Positions 17,534 to 27,289 are shown, counted from the first letter of the stretch. The stretch: DNA of 48,000 nt from Egbenema sp. FJBBOT/2019 (GCF_048077055.1 NZ_CP182236.1:7450594-7498593); one strand, 5' to 3'. Numbers and translations are program-made. Notes: generated by a model from the letters alone, not told the origin.

Positions 17534-20500
17534 ATGCACCCTGCCTCAGCGATCGAAATTGAATTTGATCAAGTGATTCCGATTGTGAACAATATCCTGC
17601 AAACGGAATGCGATCGCCCCCTCAGTGATCTGGAGGTGGAACTATTGAGGGGAGCCTGGGAGAACCTGACCTACGATGAAATTGCTGCTCGATCGGGCTA
17701 TTCGCTGAACTATCTCCAGCGGGACATGGGGCCAAAGTTCTGGAAGCTTTTAAGTAGCAGTTTGAAGCGCAAGATTAACAAAACCAATGCCAGAGCTATC
17801 CTGACCCAGTTGGTTCAATTCCAGCTTCAGTCCCAGCCTTCCCAATCCCAACCTAAATCCTTAGAGCCACTCCCCCTTGCGGCTTCAGCCACTGCTCCAC
17901 CCCAGCAATCAGCGGCTGCGATTCTCACCGCCCACTCTCCCCTGCTCGCGCCTCCGCCTCCCCCTCCCTGCCCTAACCCCTCTACCCTCGACTGGGGTGA
18001 AGCGATCGATGCATCTATCTTCTACGGTCGAGAAACGGAACTGAACACCCTCAAGCAGTGGATGATCGATGATCGCTGTCGCATGGTTGCCTTACTGGGG
18101 ATGGGGGGCATTGGTAAAAGTTCCCTGGCGGCTAAAATTGCCACCATGCTGCAAGATCAGTTTGAGTTCATCATCTGGCGATCGCTCCGCAATGCACCTC
18201 CCCTGGAAACCTTACTCAGTGATCTGGTTCCGTTTGTCTCGCGGCAGCAGGACACTCAAACTAAACCCGATCGACTGCTGCACTGGCTGCGTACCCACCG
18301 CTGTCTGGTGATTCTCGATAACCTGGAAACGATTATGCAGGCAGGCGATCGGGCAGGGTACTACCAGCCTGACTATGAGAACTATGGTGAATTGCTACGA
18401 GTGCTGGGAGAGTCTGCCCATCAAAGTTGTGTACTGTTGACCAGTCGTGAAAAACCTGCGGAAGTAGCCTTTATGGAGGAAACCGATGGCTGGGTGCGAT
18501 CTGAAACGCTCAGTGGTTCCCTGGAGGCGGCCCTGGCCATCCTGAACGTCAAACAGTTAGTTGGAAGCGATCAAGAGAAACGACAGCTCTGTGAATTTTA
18601 TGGTTGCAGTCCCCTCGCCTTAAAAGTAGTTGCCTCCTCCATTCACAGTTTATTCGATGGCAGTATTTCTGAATTTTTGCAGGAAGAAACCCTGATTTTC
18701 AATGGTATTCGTCGCCTGTTAGAGCAGCAGTTTGAGCGATTGTCCCATTTAGAAAAGAGCATTATGTACTGGCTGGCGATTAACCGTGAATGGGTATCGT
18801 TCGCTGAATTATACCAGGATATTACTCCGGCTGTGTCTCGATCGAGTTTGTTAGAAGCTTTAGAATCTCTAACCTGGCGTAGCTTGATTGAAAAACAATC
18901 AGGGCAGTACACGCAGCAACCTGCGGTCATGGAATATGTGACTGAACAACTGGTGCATCAAGTCGTGATTGAGCTAGTGGCTCAAAAACTGGCTTTGTTC
19001 GATCGGTACGCGCTGATCAAAACTACCGTCAGTGCCTATGTTCGAGCGGCCCAATTCCGGCTAATTCTACAGAAAATTGGCGATCGATTACGATTTGCCT
19101 TTGCCAGCCCTGAAGCCCTCCAACAGCATATCCAAGTTTTACTGCAACAGCTTCGTGCCAATTCCGATATTGCTTCTAACTATAGTGGCGGTAATTTATT
19201 GAACCTGTGCATTTACTTAAACCTGGATATCACGGATTACGACTTCTCTGAACTCACGATTCGCCATGCCTATTTGCAAAATACATCGCTGCATCGGGTT
19301 AACTTTGCCGAGGCTGAATTTGATCAACCCGCTTTTACCCAGACCTTCAGCAGTGTTTTAGCGGTAGCCTTCAGTCCTGATGGAACACTGTTAGCCACGT
19401 CTGATACGAATACAGAAGTGCGGCTCTGGCGATTGTCTGATATGCAGTTACTACATCAATTGCAGGGGCATGGAGATTGGGTTCGTGCCCTGGACTTTGC
19501 TCCCACCGGACGTTACCTGGCCAGCGGCAGTGATGAGTCCAGTATTCGGATCTGGGATGTCCAGACGGGGGATTGCCTGCAAGTTTTAACCGAACATAGT
19601 GGCCATGTTTGCGCCCTGGACTTTAGCCCCGATGGCCAGACCTTGGTCAGCAGCAGTGATGATGGCACCTTGAAAGTATGGCAGGTTACAAGCGGAAAAT
19701 GCTTACAAACCCTAGCGGGTCACAGCCAGCGCATCTGGTCTGTGGCGTTTCATCCCGACGGAACCCATCTGGTCAGCGGCAGCCAGGATCAGACTGTGAA
19801 ACTTTGGGATTTAACAACTCAGCAATGCATCAATACCCTGCACGGTCACACCGGATGGATTACTGCCGTTGCTTTTAGTCCAGAGGGCCGTTATGTAGCC
19901 AGCGGCAGCCATGACACGACGGTAAAACTCTGGGATGCTGTCACCGGAGATTGCCTGACTACGCTGTATGGGCATCAAAATTGGGTCTGGTCTGTAGCTT
20001 TTAGTCCTGAAGGGACTTTGCTCGCCAGTGCAGGGGAAGATCAAACGGTGCGGTTGTGGAATATCAAAACAGGACGGTGCCTCAAAATTTTGGAGGGACA
20101 TACCCATCGCATCTGGTCGGTGGCTTTTAGTCCGGTGAAACCCATGCTAGCCAGTGGCAGTGATGATCAGACGGTGCGGCTATGGGAAATTGGGATGCTT
20201 CAGAATTTTGGTTCACCCAGAGAGTCTGGAGCAGAATTGTTAGCCCTTTCTGGACACTGTACTAAAGTGCTGCAAGGACACACTCACCAGATCTGGTCGA
20301 TCGCCTTTAGCCCTGATGGTAGAACGATCGCCGGAAGTGGGGATGAACAGGTGATTCGATTATGGCAGGTGGATACGGGCAGATGCTACAACATATTGAC
20401 AGGACATACGCATCGAGTTAGCTCTGTCGCCTTTAGTTCCGACGGTTGCACGATCGCCAGTGGTGGAGAAGATCAAATGGTTTGCCTATGGAATGCGGGC

Positions 20501-21277
20501 ACGGGGCAATTGCTACGGAAATTGCGGGGGCATTCAAACCAGGTTTGGTGCGTTGTATTTAATCCGGTAGCTCCGATATTGGCCAGCTCCAGTGAAGATC
20601 AGACCATCAAACTATGGGATGTGAAAACGGGAAAATGTTTGAAAACGCTGTATGGGCATCATGACTGGATCTGGTTCCTTGCTTTTAGTCCCAATGGTCA
20701 AATTCTGGCTAGCAGTAGCTATGATCAAACAGTTAAGCTCTGGGATGTGCAGACCGGGGAATGTTTGAAAACGCTGGAAGGTCATTCCGGTTCAGTCATG
20801 TGTGTTGTGTTCAGCCCCGATGGACGATTTCTTGCCAGTTGTAGTTGCTACGATCAGGAAATTCGACTGTGGGAGGTTGCTACAGGACAGTGTTTGCAGG
20901 TGATACGGGCATCCGCTCCCATGTCTCTGGTACTTCTGCCCAATGCATCGTCTCAAACTGGACTAAGTTTGGTGAGTGGCAGTGGTCAATTGGAAACTGG
21001 CATTCAGTTCTGGGATTTGGATGATGGCGAATGCTACAAAACCTTGCAAGGACACGATCGCTGGATTATGGAAATTCAACTGAGTCCCAGTGGCGAAGTT
21101 TTGGCCAGTGGCAGCGGCGATGAAACGATTCGATTATGGGATGTGAAATCAGGGCAGTGCTTACGCATTCTCAGACCCAATCGTCCCTATGAAGGCATAA
21201 ATATCACTGGAGTCAGGGGATTAACGCAGGCACAAAAAGAAGCCCTGAAGGACTTAGGCGCGATCGAGCAGGCATGA
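17534..21277 (+). CDS. STAND protein 2: HTH + NB-ARC-type NTPase + ~14 WD40 repeats (tandem paralogue)
   Basis: 1247 aa. The first 23 aa are identical to protein 1. [31 protein letters not shown], a divergent WD40 array with two blade insertions, and tail NRPYEGINITGVRGLTQAQKEALKDLGA. Confidence 0.85.
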   Translation: MHPASAIEIEFDQVIPIVNNILQTECDRPLSDLEVELLRGAWENLTYDEIAARSGYSLNYLQRDMGPKFWKLLSSSLKRKINKTNARAILTQLVQFQLQSQPSQSQPKSLEPLPLAASATAPPQQSAAAILTAHSPLLAPPPPPPCPNPSTLDWGEAIDASIFYGRETELNTLKQWMIDDRCRMVALLGMGGIGKSSLAAKIATMLQDQFEFIIWRSLRNAPPLETLLSDLVPFVSRQQDTQTKPDRLLHWLRTHRCLVILDNLETIMQAGDRAGYYQPDYENYGELLRVLGESAHQSCVLLTSREKPAEVAFMEETDGWVRSETLSGSLEAALAILNVKQLVGSDQEKRQLCEFYGCSPLALKVVASSIHSLFDGSISEFLQEETLIFNGIRRLLEQQFERLSHLEKSIMYWLAINREWVSFAELYQDITPAVSRSSLLEALESLTWRSLIEKQSGQYTQQPAVMEYVTEQLVHQVVIELVAQKLALFDRYALIKTTVSAYVRAAQFRLILQKIGDRLRFAFASPEALQQHIQVLLQQLRANSDIASNYSGGNLLNLCIYLNLDITDYDFSELTIRHAYLQNTSLHRVNFAEAEFDQPAFTQTFSSVLAVAFSPDGTLLATSDTNTEVRLWRLSDMQLLHQLQGHGDWVRALDFAPTGRYLASGSDESSIRIWDVQTGDCLQVLTEHSGHVCALDFSPDGQTLVSSSDDGTLKVWQVTSGKCLQTLAGHSQRIWSVAFHPDGTHLVSGSQDQTVKLWDLTTQQCINTLHGHTGWITAVAFSPEGRYVASGSHDTTVKLWDAVTGDCLTTLYGHQNWVWSVAFSPEGTLLASAGEDQTVRLWNIKTGRCLKILEGHTHRIWSVAFSPVKPMLASGSDDQTVRLWEIGMLQNFGSPRESGAELLALSGHCTKVLQGHTHQIWSIAFSPDGRTIAGSGDEQVIRLWQVDTGRCYNILTGHTHRVSSVAFSSDGCTIASGGEDQMVCLWNAGTGQLLRKLRGHSNQVWCVVFNPVAPILASSSEDQTIKLWDVKTGKCLKTLYGHHDWIWFLAFSPNGQILASSSYDQTVKLWDVQTGECLKTLEGHSGSVMCVVFSPDGRFLASCSCYDQEIRLWEVATGQCLQVIRASAPMSLVLLPNASSQTGLSLVSGSGQLETGIQFWDLDDGECYKTLQGHDRWIMEIQLSPSGEVLASGSGDETIRLWDVKSGQCLRILRPNRPYEGINITGVRGLTQAQKEALKDLGAIEQA

Positions 21278-21339
21278 ACCATTCACACACCGTTTACAAC
21301 TACGGTATAACGTGTGTATCTTCGTAACATAGTTGATTG

Positions 21340-22314
21340 TTATTGGTACATATTGGACGCTGCCATCTTTTTTCTGCAAGCTGCCTCATATAAGACCTTT
21401 GCAATTTGAATATCTTGGATCGCAACACCTGTTAAATCTGCTACTGTAATTTGCTCATCCAATGTTCGCCCCGGTGCTTTGCCTGAAATGACATCCCCTA
21501 ATTCTGTGAGCGATTCTGGCATAATGAGTTTCTGTGCGATCGCATGGGCGATGTCTCCCCGTTCCATACATTGCGAAACGCTGTCTGCAACCACACAATC
21601 AGCTTTTGCAAAAATTATTGAATCTAATTCTTGTTTGTGCGGTGTATCGGCTCCAACCGCAGTGATGTGAGTACCAGGCTGAACGTAGTCGGCGTAAACT
21701 AGAGGCGTTGTAGAGGGCGTTGTTGTCACAATCAGATTGCACGTTGATGTTAGCTCTTGAATCGTTTGGGCAACAGCAATATTAAACTTTCCCGTGATCG
21801 TTTGTTGAAACTGCTTTGCCTTGTCAAGATTCCGTCCCCAGACGATCGCTTCACGACAATCAATTACTTTAGCCAGATATTGCAGTTGTAATCTGGCTTG
21901 AATTCCTGTTCCAACAATGCCAATCCGATGGATATGTTTAGGAGCCAGATATTTCGCTGCGATCGCCCCTGCTACGGCAGTGCGTACATCCGTTAGATAT
22001 CCTTCATCAAGCAGGGTTGCCAGTGGTGTTCCAGTCTTCTGATCAAAAAGAAGCATGAGACCATTGCTAGAGGGTAAATTTAGGGTTGGATTCTCATAAA
22101 ACCCTGATGCAATTTTGATGACATAGTAGCGATCGTTTAGCAAGTATCCGTACTTGATATGTACATCCCCAGGAGGGTTTTGAAAGAGCAGTTCTCCGAC
22201 GGGAGGGATAACAGCTTTGCCCGCAGAGTAACTGACAAAACCTGCTTCTATTGCAGAGAACAAATCTACTGAGGATAGTAATTCTTGAATTTGAGCGAGT
22301 TCAATGATTTTCAC
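21340..22314 (-). CDS. Ornithine cyclodeaminase / mu-crystallin family NAD-dependent enzyme
   Basis: 324 aa. Rossmann motif IGIVGTGIQARLQL and family-typical YLTDVRTAAAGAIAAKYLA and ITAVGADTPHKQELD. Confidence 0.75.
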   Translation of the reverse strand: MKIIELAQIQELLSSVDLFSAIEAGFVSYSAGKAVIPPVGELLFQNPPGDVHIKYGYLLNDRYYVIKIASGFYENPTLNLPSSNGLMLLFDQKTGTPLATLLDEGYLTDVRTAVAGAIAAKYLAPKHIHRIGIVGTGIQARLQLQYLAKVIDCREAIVWGRNLDKAKQFQQTITGKFNIAVAQTIQELTSTCNLIVTTTPSTTPLVYADYVQPGTHITAVGADTPHKQELDSIIFAKADCVVADSVSQCMERGDIAHAIAQKLIMPESLTELGDVISGKAPGRTLDEQITVADLTGVAIQDIQIAKVLYEAACRKKMAASNMYQ

Positions 22315-22325
22315 AGTAGTCCCTC

Positions 22326-23297
22326 CTATAAAACTTGCTTCAACGCTTCCAGGCTGATGTTGGCTCCACAGACCACAATCACCACCGTTTTGCCCTGTAG
22401 CTGTTCCTTCTGCTGTAGGAAAGCCGCGATCGCCACTCCGGCTGCCCCTTCCACCAGCAAATGATGGGTTTCGATCATCAATCGTATGGCGGACTGAATC
22501 TCAGCTTCTGTCACCAGCACAAAGTCATCTACCAGCGTGCGACAAAGATCAAAGGTGATGGCTTCGGGTTCAACTCCTCCGGCTGTCCCGTCTGATAGGG
22601 TTGGCAATGATTCCATCGTGAGAATTTGACCTGCTTTGATTGACTCAGCCATCACTGGAGAATTGACCGGAGAGCAGCCAATAATCTCAATGTCCGTGAA
22701 GATCGGCTTGAGATATCCCGCCACGCCACTGATTAACCCGCCACCCCCAACCGAGGCAAATACGGTGTCAATTTGGTCTAGCTGTTGTGCCATCTCGACC
22801 GCGATCGTCCCTTGCCCTGCAATCACTTTAGGGTCGTTGTAGGGGGAGATGTAGACGAGTCCATGTTCATTGGCATACTTCCGGGCATAGGCTTCTGTCA
22901 CACCGCAATCTGTGCCATAAAACTGTATCTCTGCGCCCCATTGTTGAATCAGGTTGACTTTGGCGGAAGATGCATTTTCAGGGACAAAAATGATTCCAGG
23001 TATATCCAGCGTCTTCAACCCAAAGGCAACTGCTGCACCATGATTGCCAGAGGAAGCTGCGATCACTCCCTGTTCCTGCTGTTCCGCTGTCAGAGAGAGG
23101 AGTTTGTTCATTGCTCCGCGAACTTTGAAGGAACCTGTATGTTGCAGGTTTTCTAATTTTAGAAATACACGACAATGACCCAGTTGGCTCAACAATGGTG
23201 AATAATCCAGGGGTGTTTCTCGGATGTAAGGGCGAATTTGCTGTTCTGCCTGTAATACCTCAGTGCGAATATTTAACCCAATTAAAGGTGAGATCAT
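22326..23297 (-). CDS. PLP-dependent threonine/serine dehydratase-like enzyme (fold type II)
   Basis: LENLQHTGSFKVRGA (PLP lysine motif), SSGNHGAAVAF, and glycine loop SVGGGGLISG. Start placed at ATG 23297 (AGGAG 8 nt upstream). It ends 11 nt before the OCD start, so the two likely form an operon. Confidence 0.75.
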   Translation of the reverse strand: MISPLIGLNIRTEVLQAEQQIRPYIRETPLDYSPLLSQLGHCRVFLKLENLQHTGSFKVRGAMNKLLSLTAEQQEQGVIAASSGNHGAAVAFGLKTLDIPGIIFVPENASSAKVNLIQQWGAEIQFYGTDCGVTEAYARKYANEHGLVYISPYNDPKVIAGQGTIAVEMAQQLDQIDTVFASVGGGGLISGVAGYLKPIFTDIEIIGCSPVNSPVMAESIKAGQILTMESLPTLSDGTAGGVEPEAITFDLCRTLVDDFVLVTEAEIQSAIRLMIETHHLLVEGAAGVAIAAFLQQKEQLQGKTVVIVVCGANISLEALKQVL

Positions 23298-23399
23298 GTC
23301 AGTTACTCCTGATTTGACATCAATGTGAATCTGATGTATCAATTCTCTTGTGTATCTTGTTTGATCGCTACCCGCAATCATTTTCCCTTGCTGATAGCG

Positions 23400-23507
23400 C
23401 TAGTAGACCTCGGCAGCAATACGCCCACCTTTCGTAGTGCAGGCTTCCAGCCTGCGCGGGCAAGATGCCCGCTCTACGGTTGCTCAATTCACGCTCGCTT
23501 CTACTAG
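23400..23507. repeat. 108-bp MITE-like element, copy 1 (TIR CTAGTAGA...TCTACTAG)
   Basis: By eye it differs at 3 positions from the reverse complement of 32080..32187. It has an internal GCGGGCAAGATGCCCGC hairpin. The terminal CTAG supplies the stop codon of the GNAT gene. Confidence 0.8.
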
Positions 23508-23643
23508 TGATGAGATAAGCGAGCCATGATTTGGATGTCGGCATACTGCCCAGCACGAAAGGCATAGTGTTGCATCACCCCTTCGGTAACGAAGCCAAAC
23601 TTGGTATACAGGGCGATCGCCGCTTCGTTATCGGCATAGACTA

Positions 23644-24862
23644 GTAGATTGTCAGCCTTGATTTGAAGGGTAAATGGATTGATAATTTGAGCTATCTCCA
23701 ATCAGTCAAACCATTATGGCGCGAAAAAAATACATCGTTTCTCTAACTGCTGAAGAACGAAAAGAGTTGGAGCAACTCACTACAACTGGCAAAGTTGCTG
23801 CTTACAAAATGAACCATGCACGGATTTTGCTCAAAGCCGACACCAACCAAGAAGATGGAGGATGGACGGATCAAGCAATTAGCCAAGCACTCGACATCAG
23901 TGTAGCGACGATTGAACGGGTGCGGCAACGCTTTGTTGAAACAGGTCTAGAGAGTGCCTTGAGTCGGCAAGTGCAGCAACAACGCAAACCGCGCCGCCTC
24001 GATGGATCCCAAGAAGCACATCTGATTGCGATGACCTGTAGTGAGCCTCCCGAAGGACAAGCCCGTTGGAGTCTGCGCTTGTTAGCTGAGCGAATGGTGG
24101 AATTAGAGGTGGTCGAAAGCATCTGCCATGAAACCGTTCGACAAACGCTGAAAAAAACGACCTCAAGCCCTGGTTGAAAGAATGCTGGGTGATTCCTCCC
24201 GAGTCCAATGCGACGTTTGTCTACTACATGGAAGATATCTTAAGTGTCTACACCCGCTCTTACGACTCACGCTATCCCGTAGTTTGTTTTGACGAAACCA
24301 GCAAACAGTTAGTCAAGGAAACCCAAGTCCCTTTACCGATTGAACCGGGTCAACCGCCGCGCTATGACTACGAGTATGAACGAAACGGGGTCAACAATCT
24401 GTTCATGTTCGTTGAGCCCTTAGCGGGTTGGAGACATGTCCAAGTCACAGACCGGCGCACCAAGCACGATTATGCCCAGCAAATGAAATACTTGGTCGAC
24501 GAGCGTTATCCGGATGCGGAGTGGGTCACGGTTGTCCAAGACCAACTCAACACTCATGACCCTTCGGCATTGTATGCCACCTTTGAACCCCAAGAAGCCA
24601 AGCGGATCCTCGATAAGTTGGAATTTCATTACACCCCGGTTCACGGCAGTTGGCTCAATATGGCTGAAACTGAACTCAGTGTTTTAGCCCGCCAATGTCT
24701 AGATCGCCGCATTCCAGATCAACCGTCATTGCAACAAGAAACACTAGCGTGGGAGCAGCGCAGGAATGCTCAACTGCGAACCATCGATTGGCAATTTACC
24801 ACGGAAGATGCACGGGTTAAACTCAAACGACTTTACCCTTCATTTCAACCTTGACAGACCAC
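23644..24862 (+). mobile_element. IS630/Tc1-mariner-family insertion sequence (~1.2 kb) with TA target duplication
   Basis: Imperfect TIRs GTAGATTGTCAGCCTTGATTTGAAGGG (left) and GTGGTCTGTCAAGGTTGAAATGAAGGG (right, reverse complement). Flanking TA at 23642-23643 and 24863-24864. Confidence 0.85.
23716..24854 (+). CDS. IS630-family DDE transposase, two ORFs joined by a probable -1 frameshift on A7
   Basis: ORF1 is the HTH part and ORF2 the DDE part (FDETS, VVQDQLNTH, SWLNMAETE). A -1 slip on AAAAAAA at 24151-24157 yields LKKNDLKPWLKECWVIPP, the typical IS630 junction sequence. Confidence 0.8.
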
Positions 24863-25394
24863 TAGTAACTCCAACCGATGAACATTTAGCCACTGCTCTG
24901 TCAAATCGATCGCTGCTTTGACTAGTGCGGAACCAATGCCTTTACCCTGATGATTTGCATGGACAACAACCGGACTAATGCGAGCCACATGATGCACACG
25001 AGGATGCGGATTAACAGAAAATCCCAACATTCCCACAATGTTCTGGTCGCTGGTTGCCACCAGGGTGTACTGTCCTTCTGCTGGCTGGATAAAGCGTTGA
25101 TCGATCTGGGCTACCGTTGCATAGGGCAACTCACTTGTCCAGTAGACTGTTTTGGAATGGGTTAATAGTTCATGCAGATAATGAATATCATCGGGTTCTA
25201 CATAGCGGATGGCGATCGGTGTTTCTTTGGGTGCAGTAACAGTATCGTAAGACGGTACGTGATGGATTGCAGAAGATGAGATTACTTGCTGTGAATTGGG
25301 TTTAGCATGCGTGATCATTACGGCTCCTATATTTGTGATGAGAAAACAAAATTAATCGATCGCAAATAGATAATTCATGTTCAAAAAGCGGGTA

Positions 25395-25490
25395 ATCGAT
25401 CCCCCTAAATCCCCCTTAAAAAAGGGGACTTTGAACGGCTCGGCTCCCTCCTTTTTAAGGAGGGTTGGGGAGGAGCAAAGGGGTTTTGAA
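25395..25490. repeat. Dispersed cyanobacterial hairpin repeat cluster (CCCCCTAAATCCCCC / CTCCCTCC...GGAGGG)
   Basis: Stems CCCCCTTAAAAAAGGGG and CTCCCTCCTTTTTAAGGAGGG. The 78-aa ORF over it (…KKEGAEPFKVPFFKGDLGGS) looks like the translation of this kind of repeat rather than a gene. Confidence 0.5.
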
Positions 25491-25596
25491 CACACTTTAG
25501 GGAGGATCGAAACATGGTTTACGATCGACTGAAAATAGATTGATCTCTTGGGAACGATCGCCCCGTTGATTGGAACGATCGCCCCCATTGGTTGAA

Positions 25597-26895
25597 TTAA
25601 CCAGGAACGAACTGGAAATCCGTTGAGAGACTCACGTTAGTTGTGTCTTGCACCACTCCAACGAGCGCGTTTGTGGGCTTGTAATAAATTCCTACGTCAG
25701 AAATTCCCACAGGCCCGACCATCTCCACTAGGGCTAACCGATAGTCGCTCGCTTGTCCTTGCAGGGAAATCTTATCGCCTTCGGAACGTTTGAAATCCCT
25801 GATGGTCGCAAAATGATTATCTCGGTAGAAGTCTTTAAGGTAGAAGATATCCGCTCCTGCCCCACCTTCCATGATGTCGAAGCCGCCACCAACACCAATG
25901 ATGTGGTCATCGCCGCCGCCGCCGCGCATCTGGTCGTTGCCAGCCCCTCCAAGTAGGGTGTCGTTGAATCCGTTACCAACCAGAACATCACGACCACCTC
26001 CTCCATCTAAGTAGCTTGCCCTGCTTGGATTTGCCACGATCAAGTTACCGAAACCGTTGCCTACGGCTCCCTTCGCTAAACCCATTAACTCAACTCTTTC
26101 AATATGTTCCAGGTTGCTGGGCATGTTATAGACCTCATCTGTAGGTAGCCCAGATACAAGCTCAAAAATCAGTTTGTCGCTCCCTTCATTGGCTTTTTCA
26201 ACAATGGTTGGGCCGTTGTTGCTGTAAACGTAGTACGTATCATCGCCGATTCCGCCATACAGCTTATCGCCTGCGCCACCGTGTAGGGAGTCACTTCCAC
26301 TGTCACCGTAAAGGCTAGACCCCGTTCCGCCTGTGATGCCACGAATCGTACCCAACAACACGTCGTCATTATCTCCGCCATAGACGTTATTTTTTCCGCC
26401 TGTATGTGCGTAGATTGTATCGTTCCCACCTAAACCGTAGAGGTCATTATCCCATTGGTTGCCCTTGATTGTGTTGCTAAGGTTATTCCCAATACCGACG
26501 CGACCTACCCCTTTCACGGCATCGTCCATCAGTTCCATCCTTTCAACAAAAGCAGGTAGAACATATCTTTGAGCGTGAGAGAAAACTGTATCGTTTCCTT
26601 CTCCATCTCGTTCGGTGATTCGATCGCGCTCATTGTCTACGAAATAGCTATCATCACCGCGTCCCCCGACCATGAGATCTTCACCTGTACCGCCATCCAT
26701 GCGATCATTACCGTCTAGACCGACCAAGGTATCATTACCAATTCCTCCAGTCAGCGTATCGCTTTTGGCTCCACCTGTCAGGCTGTCGTTGCCTTCCCTT
26801 CCGTCAATTTCCCAGCTTTCCCACCAGAGTCCCCATCCAGATTTGGTTGCGGTAATGGTATCGTTGCCGGTGGTTCCGGTTCTTCTTTCAGTCAT
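25597..26895 (-). CDS. RTX (hemolysin-type calcium-binding repeat) protein, paralogue 2
   Basis: 432 aa, colinear with 585..1889: MTERRTGTTGNDTITA..., GGxGxD nonapeptides, and a conserved tail DKISLQGQASDYRL...YYKPTNALVGVV...TDFQFVPG. It has the same AAGGAGAAACTTCA ATG initiation region. Confidence 0.85.
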   Translation of the reverse strand: MTERRTGTTGNDTITATKSGWGLWWESWEIDGREGNDSLTGGAKSDTLTGGIGNDTLVGLDGNDRMDGGTGEDLMVGGRGDDSYFVDNERDRITERDGEGNDTVFSHAQRYVLPAFVERMELMDDAVKGVGRVGIGNNLSNTIKGNQWDNDLYGLGGNDTIYAHTGGKNNVYGGDNDDVLLGTIRGITGGTGSSLYGDSGSDSLHGGAGDKLYGGIGDDTYYVYSNNGPTIVEKANEGSDKLIFELVSGLPTDEVYNMPSNLEHIERVELMGLAKGAVGNGFGNLIVANPSRASYLDGGGGRDVLVGNGFNDTLLGGAGNDQMRGGGGDDHIIGVGGGFDIMEGGAGADIFYLKDFYRDNHFATIRDFKRSEGDKISLQGQASDYRLALVEMVGPVGISDVGIYYKPTNALVGVVQDTTNVSLSTDFQFVPG

Positions 26896-26993
26896 TGAAG
26901 TTTCTCCTTATGAGTTGTTGAGTTCGTATAAAGCGCATTCAGATAAGTGACCACATCCATTTGTTTGGTGCAGTCTTTTTTGAGAGATGAACT

Positions 26994-27250
26994 TGTCCTT
27001 TTACAGTTCTCGCCTCTATTCCAATAGCAGATTAGAGTTGCACACTACTCAGGATTTCGGACAAAACAGCATATAATGCAGAGTCAGGCAGATACCTGAG
27101 GATGGAAGATGCTTTTCTGTCCTGCGTGGTGCCAGTCATCTCTATGTCTTCCAAGATAAGGGGATGTTTTGTAGTTGTCGTTACAGAAAATGTCCACTCT
27201 TCAATGGTTTAAAAGGTCCACTTTTGTCCGGTCTACCTCATTAACTGTCC
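26994..27250. promoter_or_regulatory. TGTCC-box array in the divergent RTX-2 / STAND-3 intergenic region
   Basis: TGTCC at 26994, 27118, 27191, 27225 and 27246; GGTCC at 27215; GGACA (reverse complement) at 27059. The four proximal boxes lie 40-100 nt upstream of the STAND-3 ATG. Confidence 0.45.
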
Positions 27251-27289
27251 ATTTCACTTCGCTACCCCCCTGGAGAACAGTCGCCACCT

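Larger units (their letters stand above)
23504..25318 (-). pseudogene. GNAT-family N-acetyltransferase disrupted by an IS630-family insertion
   Basis: The N-part (24865..25318, HQGKGIGSALVKAAIDL...HRLEL) and C-part (23504..23643, VYADNEAAIALYTKFGF) rejoin in frame when 23644..24864 is removed. The result is LNVHRLELLVYADNEAAIALY over 594 nt, or 197 aa. Confidence 0.85.

Noticed and set aside
23368-23565. 65-aa minus-strand ORF and 23325..23507 plus-strand ORF over the MITE
   Set aside because: Both are read-through of the 108-bp repeat element and its hairpin. The same artefactual peptide would arise at every copy.
25352-25588. 78-aa minus-strand ORF
   Set aside because: It is the translation of GC-rich hairpin repeats (…GAEPFKVPFFKGDLGGS) and has no start context.
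585-26895. The two RTX paralogues considered as direct-repeat boundaries of a composite mobile element
   Set aside because: They are diverged paralogues, clearly non-identical at both protein and DNA level, with no TIRs or target duplications at their outer edges. The only bona fide mobile elements seen are the IS630 copy and the MITEs.
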